Below, one piece after another: positions 47,783 through 60,131 of a DNA stretch of 64,000 bases. The translations under genes and the position numbers were made by a program. Origin of the DNA: a virus. Lineage: Duplodnaviria > Heunggongvirae > Uroviricota > Caudoviricetes. The notes beneath the pieces were generated by a model that did not search any database, was not told the DNA's origin, and saw only the letters and a list, made by a program, of their open reading frames with translations. Every line of letters starts with the position of its first letter. Position 1 is the stretch's first letter. The stretch covers positions 127,171-191,170 of IMG/VR virus record IMGVR_UViG_3300028833_000001; one strand, given 5' to 3'.

Positions 47783-49365
47783 TAATTTTGTATTTCTTGT
47801 TTTATTTTTTTTAATTCTGTATATAGTGAAATAGAGTCAACCCCATACTGCTTTGGACTAAATTCTTTTTCTGAAATAAAGTTTAACGACAATTTAGGTC
47901 TAGTAGACATTACATATAGCAAATGTTGCTCTTCTTCAATTTCCCAATCTAGTTCTGCAAATCTACTTGGTATTAACGATGGGCATAGAATAAAAACATT
48001 ATCAGCTTCCATGCCCTTAGCCCTATGAATAGTCGAAAGCATCACTCCGTCAGAAGTTTCATCTTTAAACACATCTTTAATAAACAATTCCAATTCATAT
48101 CTATTTGTTACTGTTTTAGGCAACGATTCCATGGTTCTTATGGTGTCTAATAACGAAGCAAGTCTTTTATCGTTTGAGGCTTCTTGTTCGTTTTCACCAT
48201 TTATTTCTTGGATTTGTGACCACATATCAATAAGTACGTGTTTCATTTCGAGTATCATTCCTTCTACATCGTCGCTCTCTGTACAATCAGTTGCTAATAT
48301 AATATTTCTACCAAGTTCCTCGCTTATAAAATATGCTTTCTGACCTATTGAGATTAATTGTCTATAAAGTCTCATTAGCGGGGCTATGTTTCTGCATAAA
48401 ACCATATCGTTGTTTTTAATTGCAGTCAATTGAACATCAAAATTAACGGAGCCGTCTATTGCGTCATCTTTTGCATGTATATTATTATTTGTATATTGTT
48501 TTGCATATTCTATAATTTTTTTACCACATCTGTAGTTTGTTGTTAACGGAAGTTCTACGGCATCACGTCTAAATGTTGTTGGGTCTTGTAAATGCTCGAA
48601 CGAATCGGTATCACTACCGCACCATGAATTAATTGTTTGGTCTCTATCGCCAAAAGCGAAAAGCCTGGTATTTCTCTTAAAACACCTACTAATAATATCT
48701 TGTTGTGCAATAGATGCGTCTTGAGCTTCGTCAAGCATTATAACATCAGCTAAATATTTTTTTGTAAAGTATCCATACTCAGAAGGAAACCATAGTAAAT
48801 CTTGATAATCAACCACATCTATAACGGTTTCACCCCATTTTAACACTTTTGCAACGCACTCAAACTCGTTGGCTATACTAGTTATGCCGTATTTTTTTGT
48901 TGCTAGTTTTCTAATTTCTTTTTCTGATTGTTTAAGATTATGCCTAGCCTTGTTGATTAAGTCAAATACAGTTGCTTTATAAGTGGATTTTGAGTTTTTA
49001 TCTAACGAGATGTATTCTTCACCGCCTAATTCGGTTATATTTGCATTTACGTATTTTCTATATTTATCGTCATCTATTGTAGGCTCTAAGTCAAAGTGTT
49101 CGGTAAACATTCTCCATGCTAGTCCGTGTAATGTATATATTTTTATGTTATCACTATTACCTATTCTTTGCTTAAGTGTATCTCTCGTAGACCTGTTATG
49201 AGCTAAAATAAGTACTTTTTTTGCTGTGTCAATTCTATTTGCACATTCTACTAATGTAGTAGTTTTGCCAGCACCAGCAACTGCTTGTACTATAAGGTTT
49301 AGCACCCCCTTTTCGGCTTGTTCAAAAATATCTTTTTGCTCTTGGCTATATTCAAAATTTGACAT
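47782..49365 (-). CDS. UvrD/Rep/PcrA-like SF1 DNA helicase
   Basis: Motif I AVAGAGKTTTL, motif II VIMLDEAQD and downstream SF1 motifs. Confidence 0.75.
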   Translation of the reverse strand: MSNFEYSQEQKDIFEQAEKGVLNLIVQAVAGAGKTTTLVECANRIDTAKKVLILAHNRSTRDTLKQRIGNSDNIKIYTLHGLAWRMFTEHFDLEPTIDDDKYRKYVNANITELGGEEYISLDKNSKSTYKATVFDLINKARHNLKQSEKEIRKLATKKYGITSIANEFECVAKVLKWGETVIDVVDYQDLLWFPSEYGYFTKKYLADVIMLDEAQDASIAQQDIISRCFKRNTRLFAFGDRDQTINSWCGSDTDSFEHLQDPTTFRRDAVELPLTTNYRCGKKIIEYAKQYTNNNIHAKDDAIDGSVNFDVQLTAIKNNDMVLCRNIAPLMRLYRQLISIGQKAYFISEELGRNIILATDCTESDDVEGMILEMKHVLIDMWSQIQEINGENEQEASNDKRLASLLDTIRTMESLPKTVTNRYELELFIKDVFKDETSDGVMLSTIHRAKGMEADNVFILCPSLIPSRFAELDWEIEEEQHLLYVMSTRPKLSLNFISEKEFSPKQYGVDSISLYTELKKIKQEIQN

Positions 49366-49501
49366 AATATATATTCGTATTAATATTATTAATTATAATA
49401 ATATTATTTTTTTGTGTTTTTTCAAAATTAATTAATATTTATTTCTCGTAAAATGATTGCGGGGCGGAGTGCCGCGTTTCGTTTTAGGGCACCGCAGCTG
49501 C

Positions 49502-49535
49502 TTCGTTTTCAAGATGGTCATCTGGCCATCTTTTT
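49502..49535. terminator. intrinsic terminator (AGATGG-loop-CCATCT + T9), preceded by a GC-rich element at 49450-49500
   Basis: gatggtcatctggccatcttttttttt. Confidence 0.5.
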
Positions 49536-49571
49536 TTTTGTATATCCTATTTATTGAAAAATTAGTATTAT

Positions 49572-50318
49572 ATGGTTCCAACAGAAGAATGGGTAGAAGA
49601 AAATTTTTTTAAATACAATAGAATATATTTTAACGGAGAACTTCCAACCCCAAGAATTATAGTTTCTGAAGATTGCACTTATAATGGCGAAGATTGTTTT
49701 GGATATTACAGCCTATTTGGGTGCAGATTCGATAAAATCAATAGAAAAATTATTAGTTTACGAAATAATGGTACATTATGTATTTCGTCAAAATATGACA
49801 GACCAGAAAAAGATATAATAGGAACATTGTTGCACGAAATGATACATGTATATGTTAACCTTTGTTTATTAGTGTATCCTAAAAATCCTCATGGTAAAGA
49901 ATTTACAAAAATGGCAAATAAAATAAACGCAGATGGGTGGGATATATCAGAGTCAAATGAGATGGGTGCTGGATTTGTTGCTGGTTCTGGAGGGAGTGAT
50001 GGCTCTGGCAGTCAACCAGTTTTCGGAATATTATGTCTTATTTACAAACCAACTGGTACTGATTATAAATATTGGTTTTGCAGGGCTGAGCCAAATCAAT
50101 TTGATGCAATAAGACATACAGCGTCAACGTGGGGTTCAGATATACAAGTACATTTTTACCAGACAAAATCATCGAAATTGATGTCACTTGAGGCTAACGT
50201 AGCAACACTTCCTGGTTTTGGTTCAATGAACGTTAATGATGCTATACGTAATTTGGCTAACTTTTTAGGTGAATCTATTGACGTTTTTTCAACTCATAAT
50301 TTACAGAAAATAAACTAA
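49572..50318 (+). CDS. SprT-like zinc metalloprotease domain protein
   Basis: N-terminus FFKYNRIYFNGELPTP...LLHEMIHVYV (SprT_N with HExxH) plus a Gly/Ser-rich linker. Confidence 0.55.
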   Translation: MVPTEEWVEENFFKYNRIYFNGELPTPRIIVSEDCTYNGEDCFGYYSLFGCRFDKINRKIISLRNNGTLCISSKYDRPEKDIIGTLLHEMIHVYVNLCLLVYPKNPHGKEFTKMANKINADGWDISESNEMGAGFVAGSGGSDGSGSQPVFGILCLIYKPTGTDYKYWFCRAEPNQFDAIRHTASTWGSDIQVHFYQTKSSKLMSLEANVATLPGFGSMNVNDAIRNLANFLGESIDVFSTHNLQKIN

Positions 50319-50686
50319 TGAACATAACTCCAATCATTAATATTAGGGCATTATTAATTTGGGAATACATGTCTGAAAAGAAAATATCCGATATTTCAAA
50401 TTCAGATGATGATATCCAAAACATGAAGTATTCCTCATTTATCTCTGGAGGGGCTTCAATTACGAAGTCGGGATTTAACATACTTTATGGTTCATATGAT
50501 TTCAGAAATAACTTTGATACTGTGTTTTTGTCTTCTTTTAATAATTTTGAATTATACGGTAAACATTTATTTACTACATATACTGTAAAAGATTTGATTT
50601 TTTTGCTAATGGAAAAATACAAAATAGATTATGAAACTATAGTGAATAAGATGACTTTCCAAGAAATAAACATGTTGCTAAAATAA
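50318..50686 (+). CDS. hypothetical protein
   Basis: 122-aa ORF followed by a terminator at 50687-50720. Confidence 0.4.
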   Translation: MNITPIINIRALLIWEYMSEKKISDISNSDDDIQNMKYSSFISGGASITKSGFNILYGSYDFRNNFDTVFLSSFNNFELYGKHLFTTYTVKDLIFLLMEKYKIDYETIVNKMTFQEINMLLK

Positions 50687-50693
50687 AAGGGCC

Positions 50694-51287
50694 TTATTTT
50701 GAGGCCCTTTCTTTTAATTTATTCTTTAATACCAACGCATAGTCCTTAAACGGCTTTTGTTGCTTGTTCCCTCTGTATAACCACTTTTTAAAAATTGGTA
50801 TTGTAACTTTTGTTATTGCCATAAATCCATGCCAATTTTTACTATAATTTGATAAGTATGCTTTTTTTGCCTCTTCTTTTGATAAAAATCCCAACATTAC
50901 TTTGCTTTCATCGAAACTTCCGTCTTTTCCTTTTTGGTCAACAACAAAAACATGTTCAAAGTCATCGACATGATTACCAATGAAAACGTCTACAGCGTCA
51001 CCGTCTTTTCCGTTTCCGCTTGTATTTTTGAAATATCCATAATGGTTCTTCATTGTTGTATGGCCTTCTTTTCCGTTTTGGTCTTTCCATTTTCTAATAC
51101 TACCCTTTGGGTTTTCTATGGAAATACCCATGCCTTTTATGTATATATGCCCATGTTTGTAGTTGTTTGCGCTGATTTGCAATTCTGTTGGGTTTTGATT
51201 TGCATCATACGCCCTTTCTTCAATATCTGACTGTGATATTTCGTTTAAAAGATTTTTAAACTGAGTCTGAGTTAATATAATATCCAT
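50694..51287 (-). CDS. hypothetical protein with the recurrent N-terminal motif
   Basis: Starts MDIILTQTQFKNLLNEISQ. Confidence 0.5.
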   Translation of the reverse strand: MDIILTQTQFKNLLNEISQSDIEERAYDANQNPTELQISANNYKHGHIYIKGMGISIENPKGSIRKWKDQNGKEGHTTMKNHYGYFKNTSGNGKDGDAVDVFIGNHVDDFEHVFVVDQKGKDGSFDESKVMLGFLSKEEAKKAYLSNYSKNWHGFMAITKVTIPIFKKWLYRGNKQQKPFKDYALVLKNKLKERASK

Positions 51288-51298
51288 AACGTATTTTA

Positions 51299-51730
51299 TT
51301 ATAAATGATTAATTGGCAACATACCAAGTGGTGATATTTTATCATCAAACCAATAATTTATTATTTTATTCATGAAAAGTTGCCTTTCATTCTTATCTGA
51401 AAACATGTTTTGGAATCGTGTAATAACTTGGTCCTCTAAATCGTCTAAATACATGTTTCGTAAAATGTTTCCGCTATCTTTGTCCAATAAACCAACCACT
51501 TTTACCTTTTCTTGCATGCCGTTTGGGCCAATTCTAGTCATTGTAGCCCTTTCAAAATTATTGTCCAAAAATTTTTTAACAATTTTTACTTTGTTTGGGT
51601 CTATACAATACGGTTTGTTGGTGGATTTCATACCAGGATTTTGCGGGCCTGGTTCAGAATATATTTCTTTTCCAGATAAGTTTTCCATCAACAATTTGAA
51701 TTGCTTTTCATTTAAAATAATGTTTCTCAT
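51299..51730 (-). CDS. hypothetical protein with the recurrent N-terminal motif
   Basis: Starts MRNIILNEKQFKLLMENL. Confidence 0.5.
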   Translation of the reverse strand: MRNIILNEKQFKLLMENLSGKEIYSEPGPQNPGMKSTNKPYCIDPNKVKIVKKFLDNNFERATMTRIGPNGMQEKVKVVGLLDKDSGNILRNMYLDDLEDQVITRFQNMFSDKNERQLFMNKIINYWFDDKISPLGMLPINHL

Positions 51731-51812
51731 ATGTATATACGTTTATATCAATTAATAAATAGTTTATAGGTCTTGTTTTAAATAAAAATGACCGCTTGTT
51801 GCGGTCATTTGT

Positions 51813-54362
51813 CTATCTAACAGTAACACATTCATCGTTTTTATTGATTTCTGCATAAAATACATGCTCGTTGTCATATGTGTTTTCTATTAGTAAATCA
51901 GTTATCTGATTTTCAATAATATCCTGAATTGCCCTTATAATTGGCCTTGCACCATATTCTTTGTCATTTTTAATATATTCTAAAATATAATCTATTACGT
52001 CATCTGATATTGAAAGACTATAACCTATATTGTTTAGACGTTCTTTTAATTTATTAATTTCCAAATTAATAATTCGTTTTAAATCATCATCACTTAATTG
52101 ATTGAAATATACTATATTATCGATTCTGTTTAAGAATTCTGGCGGAAATTTCGACTTCAAATGTTTTATTAGTATTTTTTTCGTATTTTGGTCTTTGTCT
52201 TCATTAAATCCTATTCCGTTTCCAAATTCGCCAGCACTTTTTACCCCTATATTTGATGTGAATATAACTATAACGTTTTTAAAATCAATTTTTTGGCCAG
52301 AATTATCAGTTAAAAAGCCTTCATCTAATACCTGCAAAAATACATTATATATCTCTTTATCTGCTTTTTCTATTTCATCAAGTAACAATATGCAATGTTT
52401 TTTATTTTTAATGGCCTCAGTCAATTGACCACCTTCTTCATATCCAACATATCCTGGGTTTGAGCCTATTAATTTGTTTACCGCTACTTTATCTGAAAAT
52501 TCAGACATATCAAATCTAACAAGAGACTTTTCATTTCCGAATAATTCTTTTGCTAACTTTTTGGCCAAAAGAGTCTTACCAACTCCAGATTTTCCAATCA
52601 TCATTGCACTGAACATGCAACCATTTTTTGTTAGACCGACCCTATTTCTCTTTAACGCTTTGCACACTGTGTCAATTGCTTCGTCTTGCCCAATTATTTC
52701 ACTTTTTAGTCTATCGTTAATTGTTGCCAATTTTTGTTTATCATCAGAAGTTAGATTTGTAATTGGTATTCCAGTTTTTTTTGATACTATTGTAAGTATA
52801 TCATTAACCCCTATAGTCGACGGATTGTTCTTTTTGTCTTCCATCATCTTTTCTTTAGCTTTGTTAAATGAAACTTTTAGCCAAGACAAATATTCTTCTT
52901 TTTTATTACTTTCTTCGTAATCCCCTTTCTTTTTACTGTTGGCAATTTCAGATTCTGTATACTTAATTTTATTTCTGAGGATTCTAATATTTTTTGGTTC
53001 ATTACCTGTTCCAATATAAGCACCTGTTTCATCAAGTATGTCTATGGCTGAATCTGGTAAATTTCTTTCTGTTATATACTTGTTGGCTAGTTTTACACAT
53101 GATTTAATGGCGTCATCTGTATATTTCACACCGTGAAAATCTTCATATGATTTTCTAATACCAAACATGATGTCAATGGTTTCAGAAACTGTTGTTGCTT
53201 CAACTATTATTTTTTGAAAGCGTCTTGCTAATGATGGGTCCTTATCAAACGTCTTTCTATACGACATAAAATCTGATGTCCCTATAACCTGTAATTCCCC
53301 AGTTTCCAATGACCTGGATAACATTGCGGATATTTCATAATCGTTTTTTCCTTTATCAGCTAAAATCGCCCCAATATTGTCCATAAACAAAATATATTTG
53401 TTATTGGCCTTTATTTCGTCTAATATTCCTTTTACCCTCTCTTCAAACATGCCTCTAAGTGTGGTCCCAGCCATAAGCGCTGTCATGTCCAACGATACTA
53501 TTTCTTTGTCTGATAAGAAACCAGGTACATCGCCATTTATTATTTTAACTGCTAAATATTCTCCAATAGCTGTTTTTCCTACTCCCTCACCACCTAATAA
53601 TATTGCATTGTTTTTGTTTTTTCGGCCTAAAATTCGTATAATTTCTTCCATTTCCTTTTCTCTTCCGATTAATGGCGATATTTTGCCTTCTTCTGCTAAT
53701 CTATTGAGATTAGTACAATAAGACTCTATGTATGAACCAGAATTGCCTTTTTTTGTTGGTGCCATGTTTTGAGTAACTGTTGCTGTTATTTTAACAGGAT
53801 TTATTTTTTCATTTTGAACTTTGTTTTGTTGGCCTAATTTTTCCTCTGTGATTTCTGACTGTAATTGTGACCTTAAATTAGCGTATGTAATCCCGCCAGA
53901 TTTTGAAAATACACTCCTTATTGTGTTGTTTGGTGAATCATCTTTTAGTATTGCCAGAAAAATTAATTCTGTGGTTATTTTGTCTGATGTTAAACTTATA
54001 GCCTCTTCATTCGCAGTAACTATTGCGTTAAAAAAATTTTCACTCATTAAAGGCTCACGATTTGGCTTTATAGCATTTAATGATTTTGATGATAGCTTTT
54101 GATACCATGTATCATAAATTGAATCTAACGAGCTTGACATCAATTGATTATTAAGTCGTTTGTACAATAGATTATTTTTATCTGAAATACACGCAAATAT
54201 AAAATAATCTAAATCAATAACCAACGTTGGAAATTCTTTAATCAAGTCATCCTTGCACATGTTCAAAATTCTTAAACACTCTTCTGAAAAGCTTAAAGTG
54301 TTCACATGTTTTGTGCTTTTAACTATTTTTATTTCGTCCATAATATTAATGTGTAATTTCAT
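51813..54362 (-). CDS. ClpA/ClpC-like Hsp100 ATPase with two AAA+ modules
   Basis: D1: AILLGGEGVGKTAIGEYLAVKIINGDVP and SLARRFQKI. D2: MIGKSGVGKTLLAKKLA, RFDMSEF and GSNPGYVGYEEGGQLTEAIKNKKHCILLLDEIEKA, collinear with ClpA/ClpB. Confidence 0.8.
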   Translation of the reverse strand: MKLHINIMDEIKIVKSTKHVNTLSFSEECLRILNMCKDDLIKEFPTLVIDLDYFIFACISDKNNLLYKRLNNQLMSSSLDSIYDTWYQKLSSKSLNAIKPNREPLMSENFFNAIVTANEEAISLTSDKITTELIFLAILKDDSPNNTIRSVFSKSGGITYANLRSQLQSEITEEKLGQQNKVQNEKINPVKITATVTQNMAPTKKGNSGSYIESYCTNLNRLAEEGKISPLIGREKEMEEIIRILGRKNKNNAILLGGEGVGKTAIGEYLAVKIINGDVPGFLSDKEIVSLDMTALMAGTTLRGMFEERVKGILDEIKANNKYILFMDNIGAILADKGKNDYEISAMLSRSLETGELQVIGTSDFMSYRKTFDKDPSLARRFQKIIVEATTVSETIDIMFGIRKSYEDFHGVKYTDDAIKSCVKLANKYITERNLPDSAIDILDETGAYIGTGNEPKNIRILRNKIKYTESEIANSKKKGDYEESNKKEEYLSWLKVSFNKAKEKMMEDKKNNPSTIGVNDILTIVSKKTGIPITNLTSDDKQKLATINDRLKSEIIGQDEAIDTVCKALKRNRVGLTKNGCMFSAMMIGKSGVGKTLLAKKLAKELFGNEKSLVRFDMSEFSDKVAVNKLIGSNPGYVGYEEGGQLTEAIKNKKHCILLLDEIEKADKEIYNVFLQVLDEGFLTDNSGQKIDFKNVIVIFTSNIGVKSAGEFGNGIGFNEDKDQNTKKILIKHLKSKFPPEFLNRIDNIVYFNQLSDDDLKRIINLEINKLKERLNNIGYSLSISDDVIDYILEYIKNDKEYGARPIIRAIQDIIENQITDLLIENTYDNEHVFYAEINKNDECVTVR

Positions 54363-54459
54363 AAGTTATTATATCAATAATATAAAAAAAAATATTAAAT
54401 TACAACACACAACACTTGATATTACTGGTAGTTTTAGATTATCTTTTAATAAAAAAATT

Positions 54460-55185
54460 ATGATAATTAAAAAAATTTACGACGAACAAACAAGAACACA
54501 GAAAATATGGTATGATTCATCAATGCTTCTATATTCTGAAATGGTTGAATCTGAAACAGAAAATAACGGTGATTTATACATAACGTTCAAAAACGGGACA
54601 ACTTATAAGTATAATAACGTTTCACTTGAAGATTATGTATTATTAATTGGCGCTTCAACAGACGCTTCGCATGGTAAAACATTAAACAAAATCATAAAAC
54701 AAAAATATGAATGTTCAAAAATAGGAGATGCAGATGTTGAAAAAATTAATAAAGAATTACTAGAAGTTATCGATAAATCATCTGATAAAGCTAAAACATA
54801 TTTTATTTCTGGACATAGAAATATAACGGATATTGAATTTGAAAATTATTACCACGCAATGATTAATTATGCGTTAAGCGAGACAAACGACGCTAAATTT
54901 GTCGTAGGCGATTATTACGGAGTGGATATAATGGCACAAAATTATTTAATAGATGTATTAGGAATAGAGCCAGAACGAATAACAGTGTATCATATGTTTG
55001 ATTCCCCAAGAAACTTTAACCCAAAAATAACTAAATTTGTTGGTGGATTTAAAACAGATGATGATAGAGATGAAGCAATGACAAATGCTTCATTTGATGA
55101 TATAGCAATGGTCAGAGATTGTAATGAATTATCTGGCACTGCTAAAAATATTTTAAGACGCCATATGTTTGGCAATTTTGTTTAA
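54460..55185 (+). CDS. KTSC-domain protein fused to a Rossmann-like (SLOG/DprA-like) domain
   Basis: IWYDSSMLLYSEMVE...LYITFKNGTTYKYNNVSLEDYVLLIGASTDASHG matches the KTSC signature. The start was reset downstream of the clpA-like overlap. Confidence 0.4.
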   Translation: MIIKKIYDEQTRTQKIWYDSSMLLYSEMVESETENNGDLYITFKNGTTYKYNNVSLEDYVLLIGASTDASHGKTLNKIIKQKYECSKIGDADVEKINKELLEVIDKSSDKAKTYFISGHRNITDIEFENYYHAMINYALSETNDAKFVVGDYYGVDIMAQNYLIDVLGIEPERITVYHMFDSPRNFNPKITKFVGGFKTDDDRDEAMTNASFDDIAMVRDCNELSGTAKNILRRHMFGNFV

Positions 55186-55209
55186 AAATACTATTTATTG
55201 AATAAATAA

Positions 55210-57036
<1,827 letters not shown>

Positions 57037-57072
57037 ATAAAAGAAAATAATAATATTTAAAAAGATAATAAA

Positions 57073-57261
57073 ATGGACAAGTTTAATACTTATGATTACA
57101 TTGAAGGTACTGAATTTGAAGGCTTAATGCCTGCTGTACTCAAAAAATTACCAACCATTGGTGCTACAGAGGAAAAAAAGAACATTAATTTTTTTGAAAA
57201 TTTCCAACGTGGGAATGATTATCTAGAAGTTGTTGATACGCAAAAAATGTACGACGAGTAA
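57073..57261 (+). CDS. small protein sharing an N-terminal motif with the fibre protein
   Basis: YDYIEGTEFEGLMPAVLKK compares with [20 protein letters not shown] terminator follows at 57284-57314. Confidence 0.4.
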   Translation: MDKFNTYDYIEGTEFEGLMPAVLKKLPTIGATEEKKNINFFENFQRGNDYLEVVDTQKMYDE

Positions 57262-57379
57262 TTTTTAGTTAATAGCGATAATATAGCCAGGCAACATTTG
57301 TCTGGCTTTTTTAATTACTTTTTTGTAAAAAATTCATACTATTTATTTTGTATAAAACATTTTAATCAATAAGTATTTT

Positions 57380-60046
57380 ATGAAAATTTTTGAACTAACA
57401 AATAAAGAAATACAAAAACGTAAAAAGGCTATACAAATTAAAGTCGAGGAACATATTTCTAAAAATGTTCCTGTGATATTAAAAAGTAAACTGAATGACC
57501 CAATCGTTAAGGTTAGTTGGTTTTCAGTTTATTCACAAAGCGATTCGCCAGCTTCTCAATTATACTGGAGTGTGGCTAAAAACAGAAGTGGTCGTTTTTT
57601 CGTGTGGAGTTCGGTATTAAATAAATGGTGTGACCTTGGTGGGCCAAACGGTAAAGATAATCCACATGAAGTTAAAGATAGTTCTGGCCACGTAATAGAG
57701 GTTGTTGACTATGAATTAGACCCATATAAAGTATTTTCCACAAAAGAAGAATTATTTTCAAACGTTCCTCATGGTCAAGCTGGCGATATGTATTTAATTG
57801 GTGCTAAAAACAGACTTATTGATTTTTTAAGGCTTAACTTGTATTCTCAATTTTCTGTTGGTTTTAATAGTGGCCCAGAACAATATTTGCCTGGAATAGC
57901 AAGAATAGCTTGTGGCGAGTTAGGGTTTTATTCTTTTAACTATGCAGAAATGAAAGGCGGCGAAATATCTAAGTTGGCTAAATACATGAACTTATTGTAT
58001 AGGTGTAAGGATATTATATTTGGTAACGATTTCGATTTTGATAGCGATTTAAACGGATTAACATATACTGAGTTAGAAAGTATTTTGTCTGACGGATACA
58101 ATAAATTTAAAGAAGAAGAAAATTTAAAATTATCTAATTTCATAAAAGATAATGATGGTCATAAATATAAGATAATATCTATCGATGATAGGCCGTCACC
58201 TCAAGCTGGTTATGTTCCAATTGGAAGCGGAAAAAATATTTTACACAAATTGTCTCAATATGTTGATTGGTGCATATGTAATGATGATAGTGAATTTTCA
58301 CAATATACTGGTAACGGAGGAAAATTTTATATCTGTTTACGAGACGACTTTAAAGCTATAAAAAAACCAGAAAACAAAAACGATGATTCTCTTGATGAAT
58401 ATGCATTATCTATGATATCTGTTTTAGTTGGTACTGATGGATATCCAGATTTAATAACAACTAGATGGAATCATAATTATGGTGGAGAAAACAATAAAGG
58501 ATTGTGGAGGGCTAGCCAGCTTCAAAAAATACTTAATGTAGAATATTTCTCAGTGTTTAAACCTAGAACAAGAGAAGAACTAGAACAATCACATCTTTAT
58601 GAATCAAAAAGTATTTCGGCACAAGACCAAGTGCACAACAAAGTTAACGCTGGAATTATGGACGGCGTTTGTGCTGGAGAGTGCGCATTAGAAGAATCTA
58701 ATGAATCAGAAGGTAAAAATACCGCAATCCAAAAATTAATGACTTCAATTGCCAACTTCATGGCTAATGAAGGGCTAAATGTTAAGCCGTTTCCAACAGT
58801 AGAACTTAATTGGGACGAACAAGACGGAGTTTTTATAAAAACTGGATACTACTCTCCAGAAGAGAAAAAAATAGTTGTTTTCTGTAAAGATAGGCATATT
58901 AAAGATATATTAAGAAGCTTTTCTCATGAAATGATTCACCATATACAGAATTTGGACGGTGAAAATCTTGATTTTACAAATAGTGATGGTCTTGAAAGTA
59001 ACAAAAAATTAGAACAGATAGAAGGCGATGCTTTTTTGCGTGGTAATCTATATTTTAGAAAATGGACTGAAAGAAATGACGGAATTAAAAGAAAAGAATT
59101 AAATGAAAGCAATAAGAAACCAGTATTTAACGATGAAGGTAAATTGGTTCCAGAAAAATGTGATAAATGTGGGGCGAAAATAGGGGTATATATTTGTGGT
59201 GAACCTATTTATAAGTGTACAAAGTGTGGTAAATATTACGGAACGATGCCTTTCACGTTAAATGAAGATAAAGAAATTGAAGAATATCTTGAGCCAGACG
59301 AAGTTGATTTATCATCTTTTAACATAAAGCATAACCTTAACCCTAAATTTTGGAAAGATGAAAGATTGGATTCTAGAATAAGAATGAAACTTCTTGACAT
59401 TGCCGATGATTTCATTGATTTTTTAAATGTTGATTGGATTGACCCAGAAGACATTGTTATTACTGGCTCACTAGCCAATTTTAATTGGGATAAACAATTT
59501 TCGGATATAGATATACATGTGATTTATGATTTCAAAAAAATAGATGATAATTTTGATTTCGTAAATGATTATTTTTACTCAAAGAAAAAATTATGGAATG
59601 ACGAACATAAAAATTTAACAATATATGGTTTTCCTGTTGAAATGTATGTTGAAGATATTAATAATGATAGATGTTCAACTGGTGTTTATTCATTAGAATC
59701 AGATGAATGGATTGAAGAACCGAATAGAAAAACATTGGCGTCATCCAAAATTAACAAATCTCTTATCTGTAAAATAGTGTCTATATATACTAAGAAAATA
59801 GACAAATTGTCTAACGAATATGAACAATCTGGACAAGATAATTATAAATTAGAAAAAATTAACAAAAAAGCATTAGATTTATTTGACGAAATTAAAAAAA
59901 TGAGAAAAGAAAGCTTATCTAAAAGCAAAAAAGAAATTTCTAACGGAAATATTATATTTAAAACTCTTCGTAGAATTGAATATATTGATAAATTAACTAA
60001 TATAATCCAAAATTCATATAATGAATTAAATTCAATTGACGAATAA
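57380..60046 (+). CDS. large multidomain protein (888 aa): a paralog-like region shared with the window-start gene, an HExxH motif, a C4 zinc ribbon and a pol-beta-type nucleotidyltransferase motif
   Basis: FYICLRDDF...YALSMISVLVG; SFSHEMIHHIQN; CDKCGAKIGVYICGEPIYKCTKCGKYY; ITGSLANFNWDKQFSDIDIHVI. Confidence 0.6.
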   Translation: MKIFELTNKEIQKRKKAIQIKVEEHISKNVPVILKSKLNDPIVKVSWFSVYSQSDSPASQLYWSVAKNRSGRFFVWSSVLNKWCDLGGPNGKDNPHEVKDSSGHVIEVVDYELDPYKVFSTKEELFSNVPHGQAGDMYLIGAKNRLIDFLRLNLYSQFSVGFNSGPEQYLPGIARIACGELGFYSFNYAEMKGGEISKLAKYMNLLYRCKDIIFGNDFDFDSDLNGLTYTELESILSDGYNKFKEEENLKLSNFIKDNDGHKYKIISIDDRPSPQAGYVPIGSGKNILHKLSQYVDWCICNDDSEFSQYTGNGGKFYICLRDDFKAIKKPENKNDDSLDEYALSMISVLVGTDGYPDLITTRWNHNYGGENNKGLWRASQLQKILNVEYFSVFKPRTREELEQSHLYESKSISAQDQVHNKVNAGIMDGVCAGECALEESNESEGKNTAIQKLMTSIANFMANEGLNVKPFPTVELNWDEQDGVFIKTGYYSPEEKKIVVFCKDRHIKDILRSFSHEMIHHIQNLDGENLDFTNSDGLESNKKLEQIEGDAFLRGNLYFRKWTERNDGIKRKELNESNKKPVFNDEGKLVPEKCDKCGAKIGVYICGEPIYKCTKCGKYYGTMPFTLNEDKEIEEYLEPDEVDLSSFNIKHNLNPKFWKDERLDSRIRMKLLDIADDFIDFLNVDWIDPEDIVITGSLANFNWDKQFSDIDIHVIYDFKKIDDNFDFVNDYFYSKKKLWNDEHKNLTIYGFPVEMYVEDINNDRCSTGVYSLESDEWIEEPNRKTLASSKINKSLICKIVSIYTKKIDKLSNEYEQSGQDNYKLEKINKKALDLFDEIKKMRKESLSKSKKEISNGNIIFKTLRRIEYIDKLTNIIQNSYNELNSIDE

Positions 60047-60131
60047 AGATATATTTAATAATATTTTCTATTATTCGACCTATTTATATGAAAAAACGAA
60101 AATAATTATTACGAAAAAAATATTAAACAAT

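Noticed and set aside
46400-49365. Gabija-like (GajA/GajB) defence pair formed by the AAA ATPase and the UvrD-like helicase
   Set aside because: The ATPase is a classical AAA protein, not an OLD-family ABC ATPase with a TOPRIM domain. The genes are separated by another ORF and sit in a phage context.
54253-54459. The 5' extension of ORF 54253..55185 overlapping the clpA-like gene
   Set aside because: It overlaps 110 bp of the convergent/divergent Clp-like CDS. The internal Met at 54460 with an A/T-rich upstream context is the likelier start.
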